From NCBI GenBank assembly GCA_964016885.1, contig OZ024759.1, positions 1,798,001-1,862,000 on the forward strand: a stretch of DNA of 64,000 nt, given 5' to 3'. The stretch comes from Eledone cirrhosa (Eukaryota). Numbering within the stretch: position 1 is the first letter of the stretch; each line of letters begins with the position of its first letter. Both the position numbers and the translations under genes were made by a program. Below are positions 28,586 to 42,829 of this stretch, in pieces. The notes under the pieces were generated by a model, which saw nothing but the letters and a program-made list of their open reading frames with translations, ran no database searches and had not been told where the DNA came from.

Positions 28586-31500
28586 ACATTAGTAACATGA
28601 CAAAGTCTATATTAGTAACATGACACAGTCTATATTAGTAACATGAGACAGTCTATATTAGTAACATGACAAAGTCTATATTAGTAACATGACACAGTCT
28701 ATATTAGTAACATGACACAGTCTATATTAGTAACATGACAAAGTCTATATTAGTAACATGACAAAGTCTATATTAGTAACATGACAAAGTCTATATTAGT
28801 AACATGACACAGTCTATACTAGTAACATGACACAGTCTATATTAGTAACATGACAAAGTCTATATTAGTAACATGACAAAGTCTATATTAGTAACATGAC
28901 AAAGTCTATATTAGTAACATGACAAAGTCTATATTAGTAGCATGACATAGTCTATATTAGCAACATGACAAAGTCTATATTAGTAACATGACACAGTCTA
29001 TATTAGTAGCATGACCAAGTCTGTATTAGTAACATGACAAAGTCTATATTAGTAACATGACAAAGTCTATATTAGTAACATGACAAAGTCTATATTAGTA
29101 ACATGACACAGTCTATATTAGTAACATGACAAAGTCTATATTAGTAGCATGACAAAGTCTATATTAGTAACATGACAAAGTCTATATTAGTAACATGACA
29201 AAGTCTATATTAGTAACATGACAAAGTCTATATTAGTGACATGACAAAGTTGATATTAGTAACATGACAAAGTCTATATTAGTAACATGACACAGTATAT
29301 ATTAGTAACATGACAGTCTATATTAGTAACATGACAGTCTACATTAGTAACATGACACAGTCTATATTAGTAACATGACAAAGTCGATATTAGTAACATG
29401 ACAATGTCTATATTAGTAACATGACAAAGTCTATATTAGTAACATGACACAGTCTATATTACTAACATGACACAGTCTATATTAGTAACATGACACAGTC
29501 TATATTAGTAGCATGACACAGTCTATATTAGTAACATGATACAGTCTATATTAGTAACATGACAAAGTCTATATTAGTAACATGACACAGTCTATATTAG
29601 TAACATGACACAGTCTATATTAGAAGCATGACACAGTCTATATTAGTAACATGATACAGTCTATATTAGTAACATGACAAAGTCTATATTAGTAACATGA
29701 CAAAGTCTATATTAGTAAAATGACAAAGTCTATATTAGTAACATGACAAAGTCTTTATTAGTAACATGACACAGTCTATATTAGTAACATGACAAAGTCT
29801 ACATTAGTAACATGACAAAGTCTATATTAGTAACATGACAAGGTCTATATTAGTAACATGACACAGTCTATATTAGTAGCATGACACAGTCTATATTAGT
29901 AACATGATACAGTCTATATTAGTAACATGACAAAGTCTATATTAGTAACATGACACAGTCTATATTAGTAACATGACAGTCTATATTAGTAACATGACAG
30001 TCTACATTAGTAACATGACACAGTCTATATTAGTAACATGACAAAGTCGATATTAGTAACATGACAATGTCTATATTAGTAACATGACAAAGTCTATATT
30101 AGTAACATGACACAGTCTATATTACTAACATGACACAGTCTATATTAGTAACATGACAAAGTCTATATTAGTAACATGACAAAGTCTATATTAGTAACAT
30201 GACAAAGTCTATATTAGTAACATGACACAGTCTATATTAGTAACATGACACAGTCTATATTAGTAGCATGACACAGTCTATATTAGTAACATGATACAGT
30301 CTATATTAGTAACATGACAAAGTCTATATTAGTAATATGACAAAGTCTATATTAGTAAAATGACAAAGTCTATATTAGTAACATGACAAAGTCTTTATTA
30401 GTAACATGACACAGTCTATATTAGTAACATGACACAGTCTATATTAGTAACATGACAAAGTCTATATTAGTAACATGACAAAGTCTATATTAGTAACATG
30501 ACACAGTCTATATTAGTAACATGACACAGTCTATATTAGTAACATGACAAAGTCTATATTAGTAACATGACAAAGTCTATATTAGTAACATGACACAGTC
30601 TATATTAGTAACATGACACAGTCTATATTAGTAACATGAGACAGTCTATATTAGTAGCATGACAAAGTCTATATTAGTAACATGACACAGTCTACATTAG
30701 TAACATGACAAAGTCTATATTAGTAACATGACACAGTCTATATTAGTAACATGAGACAGTCTATATTAGTAACATGACAAAGTCTATATTAGTAACATGA
30801 CACAGTCTATATTAGTAACATGACACAGTCTATATTAGTAACATGACAAAGTCTATATTAGTAACATGACAAAGTCTATATTAGTAACATGACAAAGTCT
30901 ATATTAGTAACATGACACAGTCTATACTAGTAACATGACACAGTCTATATTAGTAACATGACAAAGTCTATATTAGTAACATGACAAAGTCTATATTAGT
31001 AACATGACAAAGTCTATATTAGTAACATGACAAAGTCTATATTAGTAGCATGACATAGTCTATATTAGCAACATGACAAAGTCTATATTAGTAACATGAC
31101 ACAGTCTATATTAGTAGCATGACCAAGTCTGTATTAGTAACATGACAAAGTCTATATTAGTAACATGACAAAGTCTATATTAGTAACATGACAAAGTCTA
31201 TATTAGTAACATGACACAGTCTATATTAGTAACATGACAAAGTCTATATTAGTAGCATGACAAAGTCTATATTAGTAACATGACAAAGTCTATATTAGTA
31301 ACATGACAAAGTCTATATTAGTAACATGACAAAGTCTATATTAGTGACATGACAAAGTTGATATTAGTAACATGACAAAGTCTATATTAGTAACATGACA
31401 CAGTATATATTAGTAACATGACAGTCTATATTAGTAACATGACAGTCTACATTAGTAACATGACACAGTCTATATTAGTAACATGACAAAGTCGATATTA

Positions 31501-32297
31501 GTAACATGACAATGTCTATATTAGTAACATGACAAAGTCTATATTAGTAACATGACACAGTCTATATTACTAACATGACACAGTCTATATTAGTAACATG
31601 ACACAGTCTATATTAGTAGCATGACACAGTCTATATTAGTAACATGATACAGTCTATATTAGTAACATGACAAAGTCTATATTAGTAACATGACACAGTC
31701 TATATTAGTAACATGACACAGTCTATATTAGAAGCATGACACAGTCTATATTAGTAACATGATACAGTCTATATTAGTAACATGACAAAGTCTATATTAG
31801 TAACATGACAAAGTCTATATTAGTAAAATGACAAAGTCTATATTAGTAACATGACAAAGTCTTTATTAGTAACATGACACAGTCTATATTAGTAACATGA
31901 CAAAGTCTACATTAGTAACATGACAAAGTCTATATTAGTAACATGACAAGGTCTATATTAGTAACATGACACAGTCTATATTAGTAGCATGACACAGTCT
32001 ATATTAGTAACATGATACAGTCTATATTAGTAACATGACAAAGTCTATATTAGTAACATGACACAGTCTATATTAGTAACATGACAGTCTATATTAGTAA
32101 CATGACAGTCTACATTAGTAACATGACACAGTCTATATTAGTAACATGACAAAGTCGATATTAGTAACATGACAATGTCTATATTAGTAACATGACAAAG
32201 TCTATATTAGTAACATGACACAGTCTATATTACTAACATGACACAGTCTATATTAGTAACATGACAAAGTCTATATTAGTAACATGACAAAGTCTAT
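27650..32297 (+). repeat. Higher-order tandem duplication, period 2,108 bp (92 monomers, 4 of them 21-mers), about 2.2 copies
   Basis: CTATACT 28814/30922, CATGACATAG 28941/31049, GTTGA 29249/31357 and TAGAAGC 29621/31729 are all offset by 2,108. Confidence 0.93.
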
Positions 32298-35200
32298 GTT
32301 AGTAACATGACACAGTCTATATTAGTAACATGACACAGTCTATATTAGTAACATGACACAGTCTATATTAGTAGCATGACACAGTCTATATTAGTAACAT
32401 GATACAGTCTATATTAGTAACATGACAAAGTCTATATTAGTAATATGACAAAGTCTATATTAGTAAAATGACAAAGTCTATATTAGTAACATGACAAAGT
32501 CTTTATTAGTAACATGACACAGTCTATATTAGTAACATGACAAAGTCTATATTAGTAACATGACAAAGTCTATATTAGTAACATGACAAAGTCTATATTA
32601 GTAACATGACACAGTCTATATTAGTAACATGACAATGTCTATATTAGTAACATGACAAAGTCTATATTAGTAACATGACACAGTCTATATTACTAACATG
32701 ACACAGTCTATATTAGTAACATGACAAAGTCTATATTAGTAACATGACAAAGTCTATATTAGTAACATGACAAAGTCTATATTAGTAACATGACACAGTC
32801 TATATTAGTAACATGACAATGTCTATATTAGTAACATGACAAAGTCTATATTAGTAACATGACACAGTCTATATTACTAACATGACACAGTCTATATTAG
32901 TAACATGACAAAGTCTATATTAGTAACATGACAAAGTCTATATTAGTAACATGACAAAGTCTATATTAGTAACATGACAAAGTCTATATTAGTAAAATGA
33001 CAAAGTCTATATTAGTAACATGACAAAGTCTTTATTAGTAACATGACACAGTCTATATTAGTAACATGACACAGTCTATATTAGTAACATGACAAAGTCT
33101 ATATTAGTAACATGACACAGTCTATATTAGTAACATGACACAGTCTATATTAGTAACATGACACAGTCTATATTAGTAACATGACAAAGTCTATATTAGT
33201 AACATGACAAAGTCTATATTAGTAACATGACAAAGTCTATATTAGTAGCATGACAAAGTCTGTATTAGTAACATGACAAAGTCTATAGTAGTAACATGAC
33301 ACAGTCTATATTAGTAACATGACAAAGTCTATATTAGTAGCATGACAAAGTCTATATTAGTAACATGACACAGTCTATATTACTAACATGACACAGTCTA
33401 TATTAGTAACATGACAAAGTCTATATTAGTAACATGACAAAGTCTGTATTAGTAACATGACAAAGTCTATAGTAGTAACATGACACAGTCTATATTAGTA
33501 ACATGACAAAGTCTATATTAGTAGCATGACAAAGTCTATATTAGTAACATGACAAAGTCTATATTAGTAACATGACAAAGTCTATATTAGTAACATGACA
33601 AAGTCTATATTAGTAACATGACAAAGTCTATATTAGTAACATGACAAAGTCTATATTAGTAACATGACACAGTCTATATTAGTAACATGACAGTCTATAT
33701 TAGTAACATGACAGTATACATTAGTAACATGACACAGTCTATATTAGTAACATGACAAAGTCGATATTAGTAACATGACAATGTCTATATTAGAAACATG
33801 ACAAAGTCTATATTAGTAACATGACACAGTCTATATTACTAACATGACACAGTCTATATTAGTAACATGACACAGTCTATATTAGTAACATGACAAAGTC
33901 TATATTAGTAACATGACAAAGTCTATATTAGTAACATGACAAAGTATATATTAGTAACATGACACAGTCTATATTAGTAAAATGACAAAGTCTATATTAG
34001 TAACATGACACAGTCTATATTAGTAACATGACAGTCTATATTAGTAACATGACAGTCTACATTAGTAACATGACACAGTCTATATTAGTAACATGACAAA
34101 GTCGATATTAGTAACATGACAATGTCTATATTAGTAACATGACAAAGTCTATATTAGTAACATGACACAGTCTATATTACTAACATGACACAGTCTATAT
34201 TAGTAACATGACACAGTCTATATTAGTAACATGACAAAGTCTATATTAGTAACATGACAAAGTCTATATTAGTAACATGACAAAGTCTATATTAGTAACA
34301 TGACACAGTCTATATTAGTAACATGACACAGTCTAGATTAGTAACATGACACAGTCTATATTAGTAACATGAGACAGTCTATATCAGTAGCATGACAAAG
34401 TCTATATTAGTAACATGACACAGTCTACATTAGTAACATGACAAAGTCTATATTAGTAACATGACACAGTCTATATTAGTAACATGAGACAGTCTATATT
34501 AGTAACATGACAAAGTCTATATTAGTAACATGACACAGTCTATATTAGTAACATGACAAAGTCTATATTAGTAACATGACAAAGTCTATATTAGTAACAT
34601 GACAAAGTCTATATTAGTAACATGACAAAGTCTATATTAGTAGCATGACACAGTCTATATTAGTAACATGACACAGTCTATATTAGTAACATGACACAGT
34701 CTATATTATTAACATGACAAAGTCTATATTAGTAACATGATACAGTCTATATTAGTAACATGACAAAGTCTATATTAGTAACATGACAAAGTCTATATTA
34801 GTAAAATGACAAAGTCTATATTAGTAACATGACAAAGTCTTTATTAGTAACATGACACAGTCTATATTAGTAACATGACAAAGTCTACATTAGTAACATG
34901 ACAAAGTCTATATTAGTAACATGACAAGGTCTATATTAGTAACATGACACAGTCTATATTAGTAGCATGACACAGTCTATATTAGTAACATGATACAGTC
35001 TATATTAGTAACATGACAAAGTCTATATTAGTAACATGACACAGTCTATATTAGTAACATGACAGTCTATATTAGTAACATGACAGTCTACATTAGTAAC
35101 ATGACACAGTCTATATTAGTAACATGACAAAGTCGATATTAGTAACATGACAATGTCTATATTAGTAACATGACAAAGTCTATATTAGTAACATGACACA

Positions 35201-37550
35201 GTCTATATTACTAACATGACACAGTCTATATTAGTAACATGACAAAGTCTATATTAGTAACATGACAAAGTCTATGTTAGTAACATGACACAGTCTATAT
35301 TAGTAACATGACACAGTCTATATTAGTAACATGACACAGTCTATATTAGTAGCATGACACAGTCTATATTAGTAACATGATACAGTCTATATTAGTAACA
35401 TGACAAAGTCTATATTAGTAATATGACAAAGTCTATATTAGTAAAATGACAAAGTCTATATTAGTAATATGACAAAGTCTTTATTAGTAACATGACACAG
35501 TCTATATTAGTAACATGACAAAGTCTATATTAGTAACATGACAAAGTCTATATTAGTAACATGACAAAGTCTATATTAGTAACATGACACAGTCTATATT
35601 AGTAACATGACAATGTCTATATTAGTAACATGACAAAGTCTATATTAGTAACATGACACAGTCTATATTACTAACATGACACAGTCTATATTAGTAACAT
35701 GACAAAGTCTATATTAGTAACATGACAAAGTCTATATTAGTAACATGACAAAGTCTATATTAGTAACATGACACAGTCTATATTAGTAACATGACAATGT
35801 CTATATTAGTAACATGACAAAGTCTATATTAGTAACATGACACAGTCTATATTACTAACATGACACAGTCTATATTAGTAACATGACAAAGTCTATATTA
35901 GTAACATGACAAAGTCTATATTAGTAACATGACAAAGTCTATATTAGTAACATGACAAAGTCTATATTAGTAAAATGACAAAGTCTATATAAGTAACATG
36001 ACAAAGTCTTTATTAGTAACATGACACAGTCTATATTAGTAACATGACACAGTCTATATTAGTAACATGACAAAGTCTATATTAGTAACATGACACAGTC
36101 TATATTAGTAACATGACACAGTCTATATTAGTAACATGACACAGTCTATATTAGTAACATGACAAAGTCTATATTAGTAACATGACAAAGTCTATATTAG
36201 TAACATGACAAAGTCTATATTAGTAGCATGACAAAGTCTGTATTAGTAACATGACAAAGTCTATATTAGTAACATGACAAAGTCTGTATTAGTAACATGA
36301 CAAAGTCTATAGTAGTAACATGACACAGTCTATATTAGTAACATGACAAAGTCTATATTAGTAGCATGACAAAGTCTATATTAGTAACATGACAAAGTCT
36401 ATATTAGTAACATGACAAAGTCTATATTAGTAACATGACAAAGTCTATATTAGTAACATGACAAAGTCTATATTAGTAACATGACAAAGTCTATATTAGT
36501 AACATGACACAGTCTATATTAGTAACATGACAGTCTATATTAGTAACATGACAGTCTACATTAGTAACATGACACAGTCTATATTAGTAACATGACAAAG
36601 TCGATATTAGTAACATGACAATGTCTATATTAGTAACATGACAAAGTCTATATTAGTAACATGACACAGTCTATATTACTAACATGACACAGTCTATATT
36701 AGTAACATGACACAGTCTATATTAGTAACATGACAAAGTCTATATTAGTAACATGACAAAGTCTATATTAGTAACATGACAAAGTCTATATTAGTAACAT
36801 GACACAGTCTATATTAGTAAAATGACAAAGTCTATATTAGTAACATGACACAGTCTATATTAGTAACATGACAGTCTATATTAGTAACATGACAGTCTAC
36901 ATTAGTAACATGACACAGTCTATATTAGTAACATGACAAAGTCGATATTAGTAACATGACAATGTCTATATTAGTAACATGACAAAGTCTATATTAGTAA
37001 CATGACACAGTCTATATTACTAACATGACACAGTCTATATTAGTAACATGACACAGTCTATATTAGTAACATGACAAAGTCTATATTAGTAACATGACAA
37101 AGTCTATATTAGTAACATGACAAAGTCTATATTAGTAACATGACACAGTCTATATTAGTAACATGACACAGTCTAGATTAGTAACATGACACAGTCTATA
37201 TTAGTAACATGAGACAGTCTATATTAGTAGCATGACAAAGTCTATATTAGTAACATGACACAGTCTACATTAGTAACATGACAAAGTCTATATTAGTAAC
37301 ATGACACAGTCTATATTAGTAACATGAGACAGTCTATATTAGTAACATGACAAAGTCTATATTAGTAACATGACACAGTCTATATTAGTAACGTGACAAA
37401 GTCTATATTAGTAACATGACAAAGTCTATATTAGTAACATGACAAAGTCTATATTAGTAACATGACAAAGTCTATATTAGTAGCATGACACAGTCTATAT
37501 TAGTAACATGACACAGTCTATATTAGTAACATGACACAGTCTATATTATT
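31745..37550 (+). repeat. Diverged higher-order tandem duplication, offset 2,978 then 2,840 bp
   Basis: CTATGTT lies at 32294/35272 (2,978) and ATAGTAG at 33469/36309 (2,840). The 138-bp difference equals six extra monomers near 33280-33420. Several private substitutions separate the copies. Confidence 0.8.
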
Positions 37551-39244
37551 AACATGAGTCAGTCTATATTAGTAACATGACTAAGTCTATATTAGTAACA
37601 TGACACAGTCTATATTAGCAACATGACAAAGTCTATATTAGTAACATGACACAGTCTATATTAGTAACATGACACAGTCTATATTAGTAACATGACACAG
37701 TCTATATTAGTAACATGACAAAGTCTACATTAGTAACATGACAAAGTCTATATTAGTAACATGACAAGGTCTATATTAGTAACATGACACAGTCTATATT
37801 AGTAGCATGACACAGTCTATATTAGTAACATGATACAGTCTATATTAGTAACATGAAAAAGTCTATATTAGTAACATGACACAGTCTATATTAGTAACAT
37901 GACAGTCTATATTAGTAACATGACAGTCTACATTAGTAACATGACACAGTCTATATTAGTAACATGACAAAGTCGATATTAGTAACATGACAATGTCTAT
38001 ATTAGTAACATGACAAAGTCTATATTAGTAACATGACACAGTCTATATTACTAACATGACACAGTCTATATTAGTAACATGACAAAGTCTATATTAGTAA
38101 CATGACACAGTCTATATTAGTAACATGACAAAGTCTACATTAGTAACATGACAAAGTCTATATTAGTAACATGACAAGGTCTATATTAGTAACATGACAC
38201 AGTCTATATTAGTAGCATGACACAGTCTATATTAGTAACATGATACAGTCTATATTAGTAACATGACAAAGTCTATATTAGTAACATGACACAGTCTATA
38301 TTAGTAACATGACAGTCTATATTAGTAACATGACAGTCTACATTAGTAACATGACACAGTCTATATTAGTAACATGACACAGTCTAGATTAGTAACATGA
38401 CACAGTCTATATTAGTAACATGAGACAGTCTATATTAGTAGCATGACAAAGTCTATATTAGTAACATGACACAGTCTACATTAGTAACATGACAAAGTCT
38501 ATATTAGTAACATGACACAGTCTATATTAGTAACATGAGACAGTCTATATTAGTAATATGACAAAGTCTATATTAGTAACATGACACAGTCTATATTAGT
38601 AACATGACAAAGTCTATATTAGCAACATGACAAGGTCTATATTAGTAACATGACAAAGTCTATATTAGTAACATGACAAAGTCTATATTAGTAGCATGAC
38701 ACAGTCTATATTAGTAACATGACACAGTCTATATTAGTAACATGACACAGTCTATATTATTAGCATGACAAAGTCTATATTAGTAACATGACACAGTCTA
38801 TATTAGTAACATGAGACAGTCTATATTAGTAACATGACTAAGTCTATATTAGTAACATGACACAGTCTATATTAGTAACATGACACAGTATATATTAGTT
38901 ACATGACAAAGTCTATATTAGTAACATGACAAAGTCTATATTAGTAACATGACACAGTCTATATTAGTAACATGACGAAGTCTATATTAGTAACATGACA
39001 CAGTCTATATTAGTAACATGACACAGTCTATATTAGTAACATGAAAAAGTCTATATTAGTAACATGACAAAGTCTATATTAGTAACATGACAAAGTCTAT
39101 ATTAGTAACATGACAAAGTCTATATTAGTAGCATGACACAGTCTATATTAGCAACATGACAAAGTCTATATTAGTAACATGACACAGTCTATATTAGTAA
39201 CATGACACAGTCTATATTAGTAACATGACACAGTCTATATTAGT

Positions 39245-40680
39245 AACATGACAAAGTCTACATTAGTAACATGACAAAGTCTATATTAGTAACATGACAA
39301 GGTCTATATTAGTAACATGACACAGTCTATATTAGTAGCATGACACAGTCTATATTAGTACCATGATACAGTCTATATTAGTAACATGACAAAGTCTATA
39401 TTAGTAACATGACACAGTCTATATTAGTAACATGACAGTCTATATTAGTAACATGACAGTCTACATTAGTAACATGACACAGTCTATATTAGTAACATGA
39501 CAAAGTCGATATTAGTAACATGACAATGTCTATATTAGTAACATGACAAAGTCTATATTAGTAACATGACACAGTCTATATTACTAACATGACACAGTCT
39601 ATATTAGTAACATGACAAAGTCTACATTAGTAACATGACAAAGTCTATATTAGTAACATGACAAGGTCTATATTAGTAACATGACACAGTCTATATTAGT
39701 AGCATGACACAGTCTATATTAGTAACATGATACAGTCTATATTAGTAACATGACAAAGTCTATATTAGTAACATGACACAGTCTATATTAGTAACATGAC
39801 AGTCTATATTAGTAACATGACAGTCTACATTAGTAACATGACACAGTCTATATTAGTAACATGACAAAGTCGATATTAGTAACATGACAATGTCTATATT
39901 AGTAACATGACAAAGTCTATATTAGTAACATGACACAGTCTATATTACTAACATGACACAGTCTATATTAGTAACATGACAAAGTCTATATTAGTAACAT
40001 GACACAGTCTATATTAGTAACATGACAAAGTCTACATTAGTAACATGACAAAGTCTATATTAGTAACATGACAAGGTCTATATTAGTAACATGACACAGT
40101 CTATATTAGTAGCATGACACAGTCTATATTAGTAACATGATACAGTCTATATTAGTAACATGACAAAGTCTATATTAGTAACATGACACAGTCTATATTA
40201 GTAACATGACAGTCTATATTAGTAACATGACAGTCTACATTAGTAACATGACACAGTCTATATTAGTAACATGACAAAGTCGATATTAGTAACATGACAA
40301 TGTCTATATTAGTAACATGACAAAGTCTATATTAGTAACATGACACAGTCTATATTACTAACATGACACAGTCTATATTAGTAACATGACAAAGTCTATA
40401 TTAGTAACATGACACAGTCTATATTAGTAACATGACAAAGTCTACTTTAGTAACATGACAAAGTCTATATTAGTAACATGACAAGGTCTATATTAGTAAC
40501 ATGACACAGTCTATATTAGTAGCATGACACAGTCTATATTAGTAACATGATACAGTCTATATTAGTAACATGACAAAGTCTATATTAGTAACATGACACA
40601 GTCTATATTAGTAACATGACAGTCTATATTAGTAACATGACAGTCTACATTAGTAACATGACACAGTCTATATTAGTAAC
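39245..40680 (+). repeat. Local tandem run of the core 16/18-monomer cassette (364, 410 and 410 bp units)
   Basis: The AAAGTCTAC marker (CTAC) lies at 39258, 39622, 40032 and 40442. Each unit carries the ordered variants AAGG, TAGC, GATAC, paired 21-mers, GTCGA, AATG and TACT. Confidence 0.88.
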
Positions 40681-42829
40681 ATGACACAGTCTAGATTAGT
40701 AACATGACACAGTCTATATTAGTAACATGAGACAGTCTATATTAGTAGCATGACAAAGTCTATATTAGTAACATGACACAGTCTACATTAGTAACATGAC
40801 AAAGTCTATATTAGTAACATGACACAGTCTATATTAGTAACATGAGACAGTCTATATTAGTAATATGACAAAGTCTATATTAGTAACATGACACAGTCTA
40901 TATTAGTAACATGACAAAGTCTATATTAGTAACATGACAAGGTCTATATTAGTAACATGACAAAGTCTATATTAGTAACATGACAAAGTCTATATTAGTA
41001 GCATGACACAGTCTATATTAGTAACATGACACAGTCTATATTAGTAACATGACACAGTCTATATTATTAGCATGACAAAGTCTATATTAGTAACATGACA
41101 CAGTCTATATTAGTAACATGAGACAGTCTATATTAGTAACATGACTAAGTCTATATTAGTAACATGACACAGTCTATATTAGTAACATGACACAGTATAT
41201 ATTAGTTACATGACAAAGTCTATATTAGTAACATGACAAAGTCTATATTAGTAACATGACACAGTCTATATTAGTAACATGACGAAGTCTATATTAGTAA
41301 CATGACACAGTCTATATTAGTAACATGACACAGTCTATATTAGTAACATGAAAAAGTCTATATTAGTAACATGACAAAGTCTATATTAGTAACATGACAA
41401 AGTCTATATTAGTAACATGACAAAGTCTATATTAGTAGCATGACACAGTCTATATTAGCAACATGACAAAGTCTATATTAGTAACATGACACAGTCTATA
41501 TTAGTAACATGACACAGTCTATATTAGTAACATGACACAGTCTATATTAGTAACATGACAAAGTCTACATTAGTAACATGACAAAGTCTATATTAGTAAC
41601 ATGACAAGGTCTATATTAGTAACATGACACAGTCTATATTAGTAGCATGACACAGTCTATATTAGTAACATGATACAGTCTATATTAGTAACATGACAAA
41701 GTCTATATTAGTAACATGACACAGTCTATATTAGTAACATGACAGTCTATATTAGTAACATGACAGTCTACATTAGTAACATGACACAGTCTATATTAGT
41801 AACATGACAAAGTCGATATTAGTAACATGACAATGTCTATATTAGTAACATGACAAAGTCTATATTAGTAACATGACACAGTCTATATTACTAACATGAC
41901 ACAGTCTATATTAGTAACATGACAAAGTCTACATTAGTAACATGACAAAGTCTATATTAGTAACATGACAAGGTCTATATTAGTAACATGACACAGTCTA
42001 TATTAGTAGCATGACACAGTCTATATTAGTAACATGATACAGTCTATATTAGTAACATGACAAAGTCTATATTAGTAACATGACACAGTCTATATTAGTA
42101 ACATGACAGTCTATATTAGTAACATGACAGTCTACATTAGTAACATGACACAGTCTATATTAGTAACATGACAAAGTCGATATTAGTAACATGACAATGT
42201 CTATATTAGTAACATGACAAAGTCTATATTAGTAACATGACACAGTCTATATTACTAACATGACACAGTCTATATTAGTAACATGACAAAGTCTATATTA
42301 GTAACATGACACAGTCTATATTAGTAACATGACAAAGTCTACATTAGTAACATGACAAAGTCTATATTAGTAACATGACAAGGTCTATATTAGTAACATG
42401 ACACAGTCTATATTAGTAGCATGACACAGTCTATATTAGTAACATGATACAGTCTATATTAGTAACATGACAAAGTCTATATTAGTAACATGACACAGTC
42501 TATATTAGTAACATGACAGTCTATATTAGTAACATGACAGTCTACATTAGTAACATGACACAGTCTATATTAGTAACATGACACAGTCTAGATTAGTAAC
42601 ATGACACAGTCTATATTAGTAACATGAGACAGTCTATATTAGTACCATGACAAAGTCTATATTAGTAACATGACACAGTCTACATTAGTAACATGACAAA
42701 GTCTATATTAGTAACATGACACAGTCTATATTAGTAACATGATGAAGTCTATATTAGTAACATGACACAGTCTATATTAGTAACATGACACAGTCTATAT
42801 TAGTAACATGACACAGTCTATATTAGTAA

